Assembly (NCBI RefSeq): GCF_016432865.1
Contig: NC_067400.1
Location: 63,612,001-63,676,000, forward strand
Origin: Antechinus flavipes
Lineage: Eukaryota
Length of the DNA: 64,000 nucleotides
Reading direction: 5' to 3'
Of this stretch, positions 47,505-59,165 are shown in pieces; within the stretch, counting starts at the first letter, position 1; each line of letters starts with the position of its first letter. Below the pieces are notes generated by a model that saw nothing but the letters and a program-made list of their open reading frames with translations, searched no databases and was not told the origin of the DNA. Position numbers and translations under genes: made by a program.

Positions 47505-48591
47505 GCTTAGATGGTTATTGGCTGTGTGATCCATGGCAAATCACTTTCTGAGAGATCCAGTTCTTTAGCCCCTCGGCCTCGATAAACTTTTTCCTAATCC
47601 AGAAAGAGTTTATGTTGTCCTCGATACTTCCATTAACCATGAGTCCATGTGGTAGCGCATGGATGCTGCTGGTGATATCTGGTTCTCCTTGGCTTCTCTG
47701 TCCTACCCACAATACCCCAGGGCCTCCATAAGCTTTTGGAATGTCCTAGGTTTTCTCATCTGTAAAATGGGCTTGTTATTTGTATTCTCCATCTCACAAG
47801 GTGATTTTAAGAAATTTGCTTTGTAAACTATTAAGAATTTTGCAAATGCAAACTCAAAATAGTGATTGGTTTACAATGACAAATTAGACTAGGGTCTGAA
47901 TCTGANNNNNNNNNNNNNNNNNNNNNNNNNNNNNNNNNNNNNNNNNNNNNNNNNNNNNNNNNNNNNNNNNNNNNNNNNNNNNNNNNNNNNNNNNNNNNNN
48001 NNNNNNNNNNNNNNNNNNNNNNNNNNNNNNNNNNNNNNNNNNNNNNNNNNNNNNNNNNNNTGGATGGAATTAGGGATAGATAAAAGGGCATCATGCTAGG
48101 TCTTAAGATATCTCATTTGATTCTCCCAACAATATTCTGAAGTAGGTGCTATTATTATCTTCATTTACCAGTTGAGGAAATTGAGACAAACATTAAGTGA
48201 CTTTCCCAATAAATATCTGGGGTCAGGTCTTTTTGACTCCAGGCCCTGGGGTTCTGTGTATTATGGCACCTTCTGGCTGCCTCAGTTGGTCTAGTTTATA
48301 CTTTTGTGTCATGGAACCATTTGGCAATCTGCTAAAACCTATAGACTCCTTCTCTAAAAAGTATTTTTTATTTATATAGAATTAGAAAGGAAACCAAAGA
48401 TTAATGAAAATAAATGGATGCTTTTGTCCATTCAAATTCATAGACCTTCCAAAATCTATCCATGGACCCATCCATGGAGTCTGAGTAAAGAACCCAGCTC
48501 TACAAGTGAGCTCTATTCCCCCCCCCGCATCCCCCACTCCCCAGGAGAGACCCCCCCAAAGAACACAAAGGTCTCCCTGGTGCTTGTTGTT

Positions 48592-48597
48592 TTTATT
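48592..48597 (-). terminator. SPEG: SPEG polyadenylation signal
   Basis: AATAAA on - strand ~1.0 kb after the stop. Confidence 0.65.
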
Positions 48598-49620
48598 GGC
48601 CCTGGGACAGACAGACAGATGGAGTATGGAGAGATAGGCAGGGCTCAGGACAACACTGGAGGTAGGGATTGGGTGATGGAGAGAGGGCGGGAAAACTTCA
48701 CAAAAGTCAATAAATAAATAAATATGAGGGTGGTGAGGGCAAAGGCTTTGAGGATTGGCGGGAGGGAGGAGGAAGGTGGTGGGACCATTTCAGACCCAGG
48801 GCAAGAAGCCTTGGGCCACAAGTTGAGAGGTCAAGGGCAAGACCCCCTTCCCCCCATTAGGCAGAGAGAGGAGGGCAAAGGAAGAATGACCTCTCTAGCC
48901 TCTTCTCTTACTGATTCCCAACCTCCAGGCTAACCGGTCCTTGAATCTCCTTGTCTGGGATGCACCGTCTCGGCGGATCTGCGGCCCCGTGCCCCCGGTG
49001 CCACACCCCGTCCTCACCCACCTGACTGATGGCCTACGACCACCGCTTTTGCTCCGGCCCTTTCTGGTTTATCATCCCCTCCGCTGATGGCCCCCACGCC
49101 ATCGGCCCGTGATGCTGGCTGTCTCCTTCCCTGTTCCTGCACTTCCTTCCCTTCAGTACTAGTGCTCACACCCTCCTGCTCACGAGTCTCCTTGATCTCC
49201 CCCCCAGGAGCCCTCCGTCCAACAAACGACTGCCTCCGTGCCCTCCTTTTATCATTTCTCTCTCTGCCCCTTCCCTCCCACACCCGAGTCCTCGTCCTCT
49301 TTGCCCCCTCTCTCCGTGTCCCTCATCTCCCTCCCTCAGTTCTTCAGCCTGGTTGAAGCTTGCCACCCCCCAGGCGGGGCCGTTGCTTCCCGGGGCTCCC
49401 GTGGCCCGTGGGTCCGTGAGGTAATGCCCCCTGGTTGGCTGTTGCTGGTGGTGTCCGGGCTCCTGCGGCCTCTCCGCCTCCCCCCACCCCAGTGCTGCCG
49501 GAAGCCCCTGGAATGTCCCGTATGCGAGGGCAGGGGGCCCAGGAGCCGGCCTGCGGGGACCCCAGAGGGCAGGGTCCGGGACGTCCGAGGTCCGGGAGGC
49601 CAGGGATCGGGTCCGGAAGG

Positions 49621-49813
49621 CTAAGGGCTGCCGGGATAGGAGCGTAGCAGCACCTTGTGGCGGGTGGCGGCCTCTGCCCGTCGCCGTTTCTGTTCCCCCA
49701 GGAATTCCTTCAGCCTGTTGGTGGTAAAGGTCAGCGTCTGGCGCCGGAGCTTCATCAGGTAGGCGTCCTGAAGCCAGGGATGCGCCAGGCAGTCCTGCAG
49801 AGAAGGCCGGCTC
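49621..49813 (-). CDS. SPEG: SPEG last exon ([25 protein letters not shown]...LLRSYPGSP*)
   Basis: CAG acceptor, TAG 49621-49623, 193 nt. Confidence 0.96.
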
Positions 49814-49864
49814 CTGGGAACAAGGTGGGTCAGAAAGGGGGTGAGCCGGGAGACAGCGCAGAGC

Positions 49865-50130
49865 TCGGGGCACGCGCCCGAGGCGGGGGGCGTGCGCCCG
49901 AGGTAGGGGGCATGAGCCTGAGGCAGGGGGCATGTGCCCAAGGTGGGGGCACACGCCCAAGGTGGGGGACATGCCCCCGAGGCGGGGGGACCACACCCAA
50001 GGCGGGGGGGGCACGCCCAAGAAGGGGGGCACGCGCCCGAGGTGGGGGGCATGCGCCTGAGGCGGGGGGCATGTGACCAAGGTGGGGGGACACACGCCCG
50101 AGGCGGGGCATGCACCCAAGGCGGGGAGCC
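49865..50130. repeat. 20-bp GC/CpG-rich minisatellite, ~13 copies (gggggcatgcgcccgaggc-type)
   Basis: gcc(c/t)gagg at 49876, 49896, 49916 etc. Confidence 0.88.
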
Positions 50131-50159
50131 CGGGAAAGATCGGGGATAGCCTCACTCAC

Positions 50160-50309
50160 CAGGGGTGCACAGAAAGGACCTTGCGCAGAAAGAGGGCCGC
50201 ACTCTGAGAGGTATTGGGGTACAACAGGAAGGCATCAAAGCGGCCCCCAACAATCCGGGCTTCCGTCTCCCGGGGATCTGGCTCATAAAATGGGGAGTGT
50301 CCACTGAGC
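50160..50309 (-). CDS. SPEG: SPEG exon ([27 protein letters not shown]...VLSVHP), kinase-2
   Basis: CAG/GTGAGT, 150 nt, phase 2/2. Confidence 0.96.
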
Positions 50310-50493
50310 CTGGGGAAAGATACAGCAAAAAGGTCAGCGTTGGGGGCAGGAGAGAGATTGGCCCTGAGGGGAGGCGCTGGAAGAACTTTGGGGAAGGGGC
50401 TGCCAGGAGTGGAGGAAGAGGTCCCAGAGAACATGGAGAGCAAGGAAAGGTCCCCGGCGGGGAGCCGGGTTCCCCAGCACAGGGATCACTCAC

Positions 50494-50569
50494 ATGATGT
50501 AGGTGAGCACACCGACGCCCCAGATGTCCGTGGCAGAGCCGATGGGTTCTCCTTTCACCATCTCGGGAG
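50494..50569 (-). CDS. SPEG: SPEG exon ([25 protein letters not shown]), kinase-2 APE/DIW
   Basis: CAG/GTGAGT, 76 nt. Confidence 0.96.
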
Positions 50570-51629
50570 CTGACAAGAGACAGAGGCAGAAATGACCCAA
50601 CCGCCTGTGGAGGGCGTCTTTGCTGGGTACGGGGGCTCCCTCTGGAAGCTCGTGTCACTCAGAGTTACAGTTATAAGTAACCTCTTCCACTTGGTGAATA
50701 AAGTCCAACATCGCTGGGGACTCAAGACCCTTTTCAACTAAATTCCAACCCAGTTTCCCTTCCCTTTTCCTTCTGGTGACAGATATCTAGAAAGGGTTAC
50801 TCACCCCTGATACCTCTATTTCTTCACCTTCCACTCCCTCCTTAACTCTACTAATCCCGCTTCCTTTCTGTTTCCTCCTGAAATTTCTGCCTTCGAGGTC
50901 ATCCGCGCGTATCTTATTGCCAAACCCAGTGGTCTCTTCCCAATCCCCACCCCCCGAAACCTCTGCAGCGCTGGACACTCACCACCCTCCTTCGGGCGCT
51001 TTCCCTTCCCTGTCTTGTGCTCTCCTCCTCCTGTCTGTTTCTTCGCTATATTATTTGCCATCTCTTTTCTCTCTTCCTGATTCCTAACTGCAGGTGTCCC
51101 TCACAGAGACAAGCTCTATGTCCTATCTCCTGATAATTCTCCTGCTTTTCTTAGCACAGTCCCTGGCACAGAGCAAGCCCTTAATAAATACGTGTTTCCT
51201 TCCTTCCTACACCTCTATATTTGAGGGAAACTACTCATCCTTCCAACACCTCTCTCTATTTCTAGACAGTGCCTTTATTTGAACTGTTGCCAACAAACAC
51301 GGAGTATGTTATTTCCCCATCTCCCATTCCTCAGTTCTGAGGGAAAAGGAAGTGACTTCTGCTCCTTCCTCTGAAACCTCAGAGAAAAGCGTCTCTAGTT
51401 CTCTCTGTTTCTCTCACCCATTCTGTACTAGAGTTTTACATCTTCTCTCCCTAACTGACTTGAAGATTAGAATCTTGCTTATTCATCTTTGAACTCTGAA
51501 ACACCTAATACAACCTTGCACATAATGGACATTTAACAAACGTGGATAAATTTAATTTGTCAAATGGATGAATGAATGAGAGCATCAAGAGCCATGTATT
51601 GGCCACTAGGTGCCTTTAGCTCACAGATA

Positions 51630-51914
51630 CAACTATCCCTTCCACATCGCAAGGGCTGGGATTGCCCTTGATCTGGAAAATCCACATTTTGGCTTCCTAT
51701 CAGAGAAGTCTGCATTATTATGGCAAAAGACAAAATATGTTGATATTACACAATATTATACTTATATTTTATGCATTTCTGAGTTTCTAAACTTTTCTGT
51801 GCTGTCTGTTGGCTTTCTTGAATTGTCTGCAACTTCCACAAAATTCCCCCCCCCCAAAATTCCCACAATTATCAGGACTGTGATGGGGAAGATGAGACGT
51901 GGAAGGGATAACTA
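51630..51914. mobile_element. Short TIR element, probably Tc1/mariner-Tigger class non-autonomous
   Basis: Left caactatcccttccacatc is the inverted match of right gacgtggaagggataacta; TA precedes the left end. Confidence 0.55.
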
Positions 51915-52423
51915 TGGGCAGTGGCTGGGTGTCCTTCCCACTCCACCTCTCCAAGGAGTGTGGATGTCCATGGGAAAGCCACGCATGTTACACTCAGGGA
52001 AATCTCAGGCTCTGACCCGGTGGGCCTAGAGTATCCCAATGTCGGACTGGGCCCCCGGCTCTTTTCACCCTCAGCCTTTGTCCAGGTTGTATGTACCCGT
52101 GGCCCTGCTTGGGCTGGCTGGGCCCAGAGTCTAGCCCAGTGCTTTCAAACAGTTCCCACGGACCCCTTAAGGTTTAAATCACGAAGTATTTTCTTCTTAA
52201 GGTTGGCTCCCTGAGGAGCAGGGCCCCAGGAACACTTTTCCCTTAGGAGATTCCCCGAGGGACTCTTAGATACCAAGGTAACCCTTTTTAAGCCCCCCAA
52301 GCTCAAGGCCTCCTGGAGCGCCATGAATGGGGTTTTTGCCCCAAACTGGGGGGGGGAGCGGGACTGACCACCGGAGCCCAGAAACCCGGCCAGAGCCCAG
52401 AACACCGGGTCCAAGCCACTCAC

Positions 52424-52647
52424 CCATGTACTCCAGCGTGCCCGTGCGGTGCCCCAGGGGCTGCAGGGCCTGGGGGCTGTAGGGCTGGGCACTGCCGAAG
52501 TCCACGATCTTGAGAGCATTGTCTTGTGCGAGCAGCAGGTTGTCTGGCTTGATGTCCAGGTGCAGCACGTGGTGGTCGTGCAGGTATTCCAGGCCCTGCA
52601 GCAGCTGGACCACATAGGTGGCCACGTCGTCCTCGGAGTACCGAAAC
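52424..52647 (-). CDS. SPEG: SPEG exon ([11 protein letters not shown]...HLDIKPDN...DFGSAQ...GTLEYM), kinase-2 catalytic loop
   Basis: CAG/GTGAGT, 224 nt. Confidence 0.97.
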
Positions 52648-52772
52648 CTGCAGGGGGTGGACAAGGGGGCTGAGCTCCCGAGGGCGGGGACGGCGCTCTG
52701 CCGGGCCAGCTCCCCGCGGCCCCTCGGCCGTGGCCAGACCACCCCCCCGGACAGGAGTGGAAGCCCCCGTAC

Positions 52773-53012
52773 CGTTCGCTGAGTCCGCAGAGCAGCTCGC
52801 GGTTCCCGCAGCTCTCCGCAATGAGCACGAGGTAGCGGGGGGTGATGTACGCCTCATGCAGGGACATGAGCCGCTCGTGGTGGAGCGAGCGCAGGACTTC
52901 ATACTCCTGGAGCACTCGCTGCTTCCCCTCCGCCACGTAGGGGATGATCTTGGCCACGAATGACCGGCCCGTGGCGTTCTCCCGGCAAGCCCTCACCACA
53001 CCAAAACGCCCC
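52773..53012 (-). CDS. SPEG: SPEG exon ([21 protein letters not shown]...LLCGLSE), kinase-2 N-lobe
   Basis: CAG/GTACGG, 240 nt; VAK lysine. Confidence 0.97.
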
Positions 53013-53241
53013 CTGGGGAATCAAGGACACAGGAGCCCTGAAGAAGGGCGGGAAGCCAGAGTGGGGGCTTCGGGGGGAACAGGAAAGACGCCTTGGCGTC
53101 CGCGTCCCATCCTGTATCTCAGGCCCTACCTCAGGCTTTGGATGCTGCATCCCATCCCCAGCTCCTCCCCAAGCCAACACGCGCCCATTAAGCGTTTATT
53201 CTGTTCGAGGCAGGTGCGGACCGTCCCTCCCTTGGACTTGC

Positions 53242-53968
53242 CTGGCCTTTTCCTCCAGGAAGGTGTAGGGCTTCTGGGGAGGTCCCTGACGAAGGCCGGT
53301 GCCCTCCGAGCCAGGGGAGCTGGGCGACCCCCTCCCCGGAGAGCCGACCCTCTCCTTGGCTGGGCTGAGGCTGCGTACGGTCACCTTAGTGGGGCTGGGG
53401 GTAGGTTCGGGGGCCTGGGGCTCAGGGGTAGGGGGTTCGGACACAAAAGAAGTCACCATATACATCGGGGCAGGGGAGGAGGTTGGCTTAGTCTCAGGAG
53501 CGCTAGGGGAGGGGGCTTTTGTGTTGGAGGCAAGAGACTCAGGCCCACCGGGAGGAGGTGGATCACTGCGGGGGGTGAGCTCTGCTTGCCGAGCAGCCAG
53601 CAGACCCCTGTGCTTTCGTGGGGGAGTGGGGGGAGGTGGGCCGACAGCCTTGAGGTGAGATGGCGTTGGGGAGGAGGGGGAGGTTGGGGCTGAAGGGGGA
53701 GGCTGTGGAGAGGCTGGAGCCAAGGTAGATGTGGGCTCAGAAACAGGGGCTGGAGAGACTGGAGAGGCTGGGGCTGAGGTGGCAGGCTCTGGTGTGGCTG
53801 GGGCTGGGGAGGCGGGGGCTGGAGAGGCTGGGGAAGCTGCAGGGGCTGGGGAAGCCGCAGGGGCCGGGGCTGGGGGAGAGACAGGTGAGGTAGGAGTGGA
53901 AGGAATGGGGGTCCCAGCTGAGGTAATAGGAATTTCTTGTTGAGTGGTAGATTTTGAAACTGGGGTAT
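53242..53968 (-). CDS. SPEG: SPEG exon, Pro/Ser/Ala-rich linker to PYTFLEEKA
   Basis: CAG acceptor 53969-53971, 727 nt open, donor AG|GCAAGT (GC). Confidence 0.92.
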
Positions 53969-54208
53969 CTGGAAGAAAAAGGAGAAAGCATTTGCTATAG
54001 AACCCTCCAGGTAGAAGTGAGGTCCTGGTGATAGATAAAGATGGAAAGGAAAGTCACATACTAAGCAGACGGGATCCCAAAGCCCAGAGGGCTCCGGGAA
54101 CTGAGGGGTAGAGTCCCCCTGCTTCCAAAATCACCAGGTCCCCATTCCTTCCCCACTAAGTTACTCCCACCATCCACCCTCGAGGGCCCCCCCCCCCATC
54201 CTCCTAAC

Positions 54209-54376
54209 CTCTGACTTTCCCCACAAAGACCCTCTCGGAAGCATTGCTGAAGGGCCCCTGCCCAGCTCGGTTGGCACAGGCCACTCGAAACCTCACGGTC
54301 ATGCCGGGAGGCAGTTGGGTCACGTTGTAGTAGCAGTCAGAGATGCCCGAGCTCACGCAGCGCCATATGGATTCCC
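54209..54376 (-). CDS. SPEG: SPEG exon, FN3 second half ([21 protein letters not shown]...[15 protein letters not shown])
   Basis: CAG/GTTAGG, 168 nt. Confidence 0.95.
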
Positions 54377-54676
54377 CTGGGGGAGAGAGGAGGTAAGGGT
54401 GGGAGGGAGGCAGTGGGGGGCTGTCATGAGGCCATGGCAGCAAGGGGGAGGTTTAGCTCACACAACAGGGTTCCCAGGAATCCTATAAAGGAAGGAGGGA
54501 GGAGTGAGTGGTTCAGAATGCTGGGGGCGGGAGCCAAGGGGGAGAAGAACAGAAAAGAGCCTCGGAGCCCATTTCTCCCTCCTTGGTAGGGTTCCCCCAC
54601 CTCTAGTCTCACCCCCTCCTCCCAGAGGCTCCCAGCTTCCTCTGAGCTCCCCCGAGCCCTCTGCCCCAAGTCTCAC

Positions 54677-54799
54677 CATCTATCCGCTGCTCTAACGTGT
54701 ATGTACAAGGGGCTCGACTGTCTCCGGGCTTCCACACCACCAAGGCTGTATCCTGGTATTTCTGGGGAACTTCAGGGGGGGCCAGCTTGCCTGGGAGGC
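54677..54799 (-). CDS. SPEG: SPEG exon, FN3 first half ([40 protein letters not shown])
   Basis: CAG/GTGAGA, 123 nt. Confidence 0.95.
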
Positions 54800-54912
54800 C
54801 TGGGGGGAAAAAGCTTCCTGAACCCTTAACCCCCTGCCATTCCCGTGCCTTTCCTCTCCTCCCACTCCTCCAGCCTCCTTCCCGCTGGGGCTGCCCCTGC
54901 CCCGGCACTCAC

Positions 54913-55080
54913 GGGCCACAGCCAGGGTGCAGGAGCTGGTCGCGCTGCCCAAGGCGTTGCGGGCAGAGCACTCGTACAGCCCCGCGTGGCGCTTCCCGGC
55001 GCGAGGGATGGTCAGCAGCTGCCGCCCGTCTTTGCAGGAGACTATGGTCACCGACGGCTCGGACCGAAGGGACTGTTTGT
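54913..55080 (-). CDS. SPEG: SPEG exon, Ig domain second half (KQSLRSEP...[25 protein letters not shown])
   Basis: CAG/GTGAGT, 168 nt. Confidence 0.96.
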
Positions 55081-55302
55081 CTGCAGGGGCCCAGAGAGAG
55101 CCATGGCCCAGTCAGTCCCTCCAGTCCCCGTCCCCCGGGGTCTCCCAGACAAGCCCCCCCACTGCCCGCCATCGCCCCAGGGAGGCTCCATCCCTCCCGA
55201 ATGAAGGGCTCTCTGGGAGGAGCAAGGGAAGGTACATTGGACAGCACCGGATCGCACAGAGTGAGGGCAGGGGGTGCAGGGACAGAAGGGACTCCTGGCT
55301 AC

Positions 55303-55419
55303 CTTTTGTCCAGGAAATATGGGGTGCAGGGCAGGCTGCTGGGAGGCACAGGAGAGTGGCTGCCTCCCCCTCCAGCAGCACCTGGTCCTTCAGCTTGATA
55401 TGAAAGACAGGAGGGAAAT
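55303..55419 (-). CDS. SPEG: SPEG exon, Ig domain first half ([38 protein letters not shown])
   Basis: TAG/GTAGCC, 117 nt. Confidence 0.96.
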
Positions 55420-55899
55420 CTAACGGGAGAATGAGAGAAAAAGTAGTGTCAGCCCGAGGAAACATCAGGAGCAAGGAGAACCGGAAGAGTACGTATTTGT
55501 TACGGGGAAAGGCTCGGATTCTTATCAATAAACACTTGTGAACGGGCCTGCCAGGGGATCAGGCCTCGAAAAGCTTCCCCTGAAGTGGGCAGAACAAGGC
55601 ACGTGCCCATGACGGCAGAAACCTTGTAGCCATTTCAATAATGGCAGCTTATCCACCATCAGGTTTGCAGAGCGTTGTACCCATCTGATCTCCTTTGCTC
55701 CTTACCACAAAGATAAGAAGTAGATATTAAAGTATCTACTTTAAAGATATTTAATATCTAAAGTATGTATTATTATTATTTCCACTTTACAGATGAGCAA
55801 AATGAGCGAGATGAAGTAGCTTTCCCAGTGTCCCACGCAGCTAGCAAGTGTCTGAAGGAGGACGCAAATTCCTAATAATAATAATAACAGGACAAGAAT

Positions 55900-56700
55900 A
55901 ATGGCTATCATTTCTGGAGTACTTACTATGAGCCAGGGGCCAGAAAAAATATTTTGTCCTTAAAATAATCCTTCGAGGTAAGTGCTATTATTGTGCACAT
56001 TTTACAGAGGAGGAAACTGAGGCACACGGGGCTGAGTGACTTGCCCAGGCTCACACAGCCACTAAGTGTCTGAGGCTGCATTTGAAGTCAGAAAGGGGTT
56101 TTTCTGTCTCTAGGACTCGCAGATACTCTGTCACCTAGTTGCCCTTCTCCCCACCCTAGCACGTTGTACAGAAACACTGAATACAAAGCAGGGTGCCAGC
56201 GTACATAAGAGCTACTCAGCGCTATGAAAGATCACTTTTGACTGATGGCGGGGAGGAATAATTCCACGGGATGAGAGGGAGTGCATGTCTGGTAGGAATC
56301 CAACCTTCCCCCTTACTCTAAGGGAGCGGAGCCAACAAGCCAGGCTGGGACCACTATTATGGAAGTTTAATTGGACCCAGCTGGTGCTAGCCTAGCCCAG
56401 CCATGCAAACAGGAAGGGGCTAGAAAAAGGCATCAGCTAGGAAACAAAGAAAAGCAGGGAAGGAGGGAGGGAGGGGGAAACGAGCATCTATTAGGCACCT
56501 ACTATGTGCCAGGCCCTGTGGTTTTATAATATCCCATTTGATCTTCACGACGATGTTGGAAGGTAGGTGCTTATTATTTTGCAGTTGAGGAAACTGAGGC
56601 AGACAGCGAGAGAGAGGTTATTGATTTTTCCAGGGTCACATGAGCCAGTAAAGATCTAACTCAGATCTTCCTGATTCAAAGCCCATGACCCTGGATTCCC
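55900..56700. mobile_element. Cluster of MIR/WSINE-type CORE-SINEs (~55900-56150 and ~56480-56700)
   Basis: cttactatg(a/t)gccagg...aggtaagtgctattatt...gaggaaactgaggca repeated. Confidence 0.6.
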
Positions 56701-57917
56701 CAGCTAGCTTTGCTGGGTGACTTGGGGCAGTGTTTTCTATTTTATAAATGGAGGGGATCGGACTCAAAGATTTTTAATATTCCCCCAATCCCAGAGAACC
56801 CGGCCAGACTTAGACACTTGAGAATGGGCTGTTTGGCTCGGAAAGCTGGACTGCTCACTGATATCTAAACTCTGGGCATATAGAACGAGGATCTGCGTCC
56901 TGTAAATGTGGTTTATAGCCTCTCTTAATTGCTAGTCAAGTCCTCTTCCCAGACCCCAACCCTAATCTCTCTCTTTTAACAAATAATGGGCAAAAAATCT
57001 AAATGTTCATTGGGGGAATGCATGAGAGGGGGAGAAAAGTGGGGAGGGAAAGGAGCCTACTGGCTATTGAGTGCAACGGGAAAAGAAGCCCCCGATGCTC
57101 AGAATGGGGGTCTGTTTTGTCGCTTCAGTCTACGAATGACAAATGACAAAAGGGAAGATTAGAAACCCAGCGAGCAGGCTGAGTGGTCACTTCCTCGTGT
57201 GATTTGAGAAGGGTTGGAAAAGCTCACCACCCAAAAATATCTCCTTCCACCTCCCCCTCCCACCCTCCGAGCAAGCCGAGATTCTACAAATAGAGGCTCA
57301 TTCTCTTAGATTAAGCGCTACCTTCTCCTTCTTTTAAAGGCAAATGCCCAGGGTGGCCAAATGCTGTGATAATGAGAATTGGGGCTACCAGATAAAAGGT
57401 TCTGGCTGGAAGAAAGGGTCTGGGAGGGGCAAGTAAGGGAGGTGGGGGAAAGGGACAGGGGAAGGGGAAGAAAAGGCTGATGAGGGAAGGAGACCCAGCT
57501 TCTATCTTGGCTTTGCTACTAGCCTCGAAGGGTTAGTAAGTCACTCCCTGTTCAGTTTCCTTATCTGTAAAATAGAAATGTGCTCTAGGTGATCCTGAAA
57601 GGCCCTTTTAGCTCTGATTTGGATGATTCTGACGCCCCAGGGCAAGAGTGAGGAGGGCAGGAACTGAAACAGCCATGTTGGGGATTAGAGCCGGGCAGTA
57701 AGTTATGCATCTCCCCAGAGTCCTTTAGATGTCTGGAACTGGCACGGGGAAGGGCAAAGTGACCAGGGAAAACACAAGCTTGGGGCCCCTGGTGCCGATT
57801 TCAAAGAAATCAGTTCAACTGTCCAACCCCAAGACCCCACTGCCTGACAAGGGGCTCAATGCCCCTCCGTGCCTTCCCTCCCAACCCCACTGCCCCAAAC
57901 CGGGGAAAGGGTCCTAC

Positions 57918-58064
57918 CTGACTCACTGCGCACATATTCGTAGCCCAGACTGGAATCCTCCTGGACGCTGGCTGGGAGGTTGGGCTGCGATGACCCTTTG
58001 TCCTTCCGTGACCTTGACAGGCCCCAGCGGTCCCAGCGGGACCGGGTCCGGCCTTCCCCGGGAC
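57918..58064 (-). CDS. SPEG: SPEG exon ([23 protein letters not shown]...[10 protein letters not shown])
   Basis: CAG/GTAGGA, 147 nt, phase 1/1; matches SPEG RKDKG...YVRSES from memory. Confidence 0.9.
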
Positions 58065-58544
58065 CTGCAGAAACCCTAAGTCATCGGCGCTGGCCCACAC
58101 AGCTCCGCTTCTCTCCTACCCTTCTGTTTTGACTTTGCAGATGGGACTGTACAGAGCATATCCTTCCCAGCCTAGACATGGATCACGTAAGGCCTGCCTG
58201 GGTATCTGCAGCTGGAGCCCCTTTGTAAGCTATTCTAAGTGAGACTCCGCACTTTGGTTTCCTCACCCTGGTGGTTTCTTTTTTAAATTTGTTTAGTTTC
58301 CTTTCCCTGAAATTTTACTCTTGAAACCTGGATAGGGAGGTCCAGGGAGTAAGGGTGCAGCCATCAGGTTAGGGCCCCCCCTTTCACAGCAATCGGAGCA
58401 GAAGGAGAGGAGACGGAACGAAGGCCCTCACTGGGCCCAGAAGGACTAGATGAGATCAGGAGATCAAGGAAAGCGTGTAGAAGGTGAAAGCTGTCAGGCT
58501 AAAGGTCCTTGGGATTGTCCATGAGGAGGAGATGGGATTTCTCT

Positions 58545-59085
58545 TGTTATGCCACAGTTTTCTTTAACTGTCCTGACTCAGTTTCCCTGTCTCAGTTTCC
58601 TTAACTGTTCTGTCTCTGACCCAGTAAAACTAAGGATTATTCGCTCTCGGGTTGTAAATTAGCAAGATAAAAGAGTAGATCTCCTGACTCTTTTAGGGAT
58701 TTATAATATTCCTTTAGAATATTCCAAGATCAACCCATGATATCTTTACTTCTTTGTCTCTGGAATTTTTAGGTTTATGGCTTCCCCTCCCTGATAAAAA
58801 AACTTTCCCTCCCTTTCTCTTCTTTGTCTCCAAAAAGGTATTTAAGAAGTTGGGGTTCCTCCATTCATTGCTGGAGAATGGCGGCTGGCAGCTGTATGCT
58901 GGACGCTGGATTCTTTGGGTCCTCCAGCCCTGGGACCAATATGGATTCCTTGGTCCCAGTATACTTATCTCTGTCTGACTGGATAATCTGAGACGAGAGT
59001 CCTGTCCAGTCAATCTTACTCTCCCATTAATAAAAATATTAAAACTCTCTAATCTCTCTCCTGCCTCAGTTTCTCCGGCATTACA
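58545..59085 (+). mobile_element. Solo LTR (541 bp), ERV1-like
   Basis: TG start, CA end, 4-bp TSD CTCT (58541-58544 and 59086-59089), TATA-like gtatttaag ~58838, AATAAA ~59028. Confidence 0.75.
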
Positions 59086-59165
59086 CTCTGAAGCTGCAGT
59101 GAATTCTCAAACCCTGTCCTAGGCTACTAAGATAGGGAGCTAAAGACAGTGTGGTCAGAGTTCTG

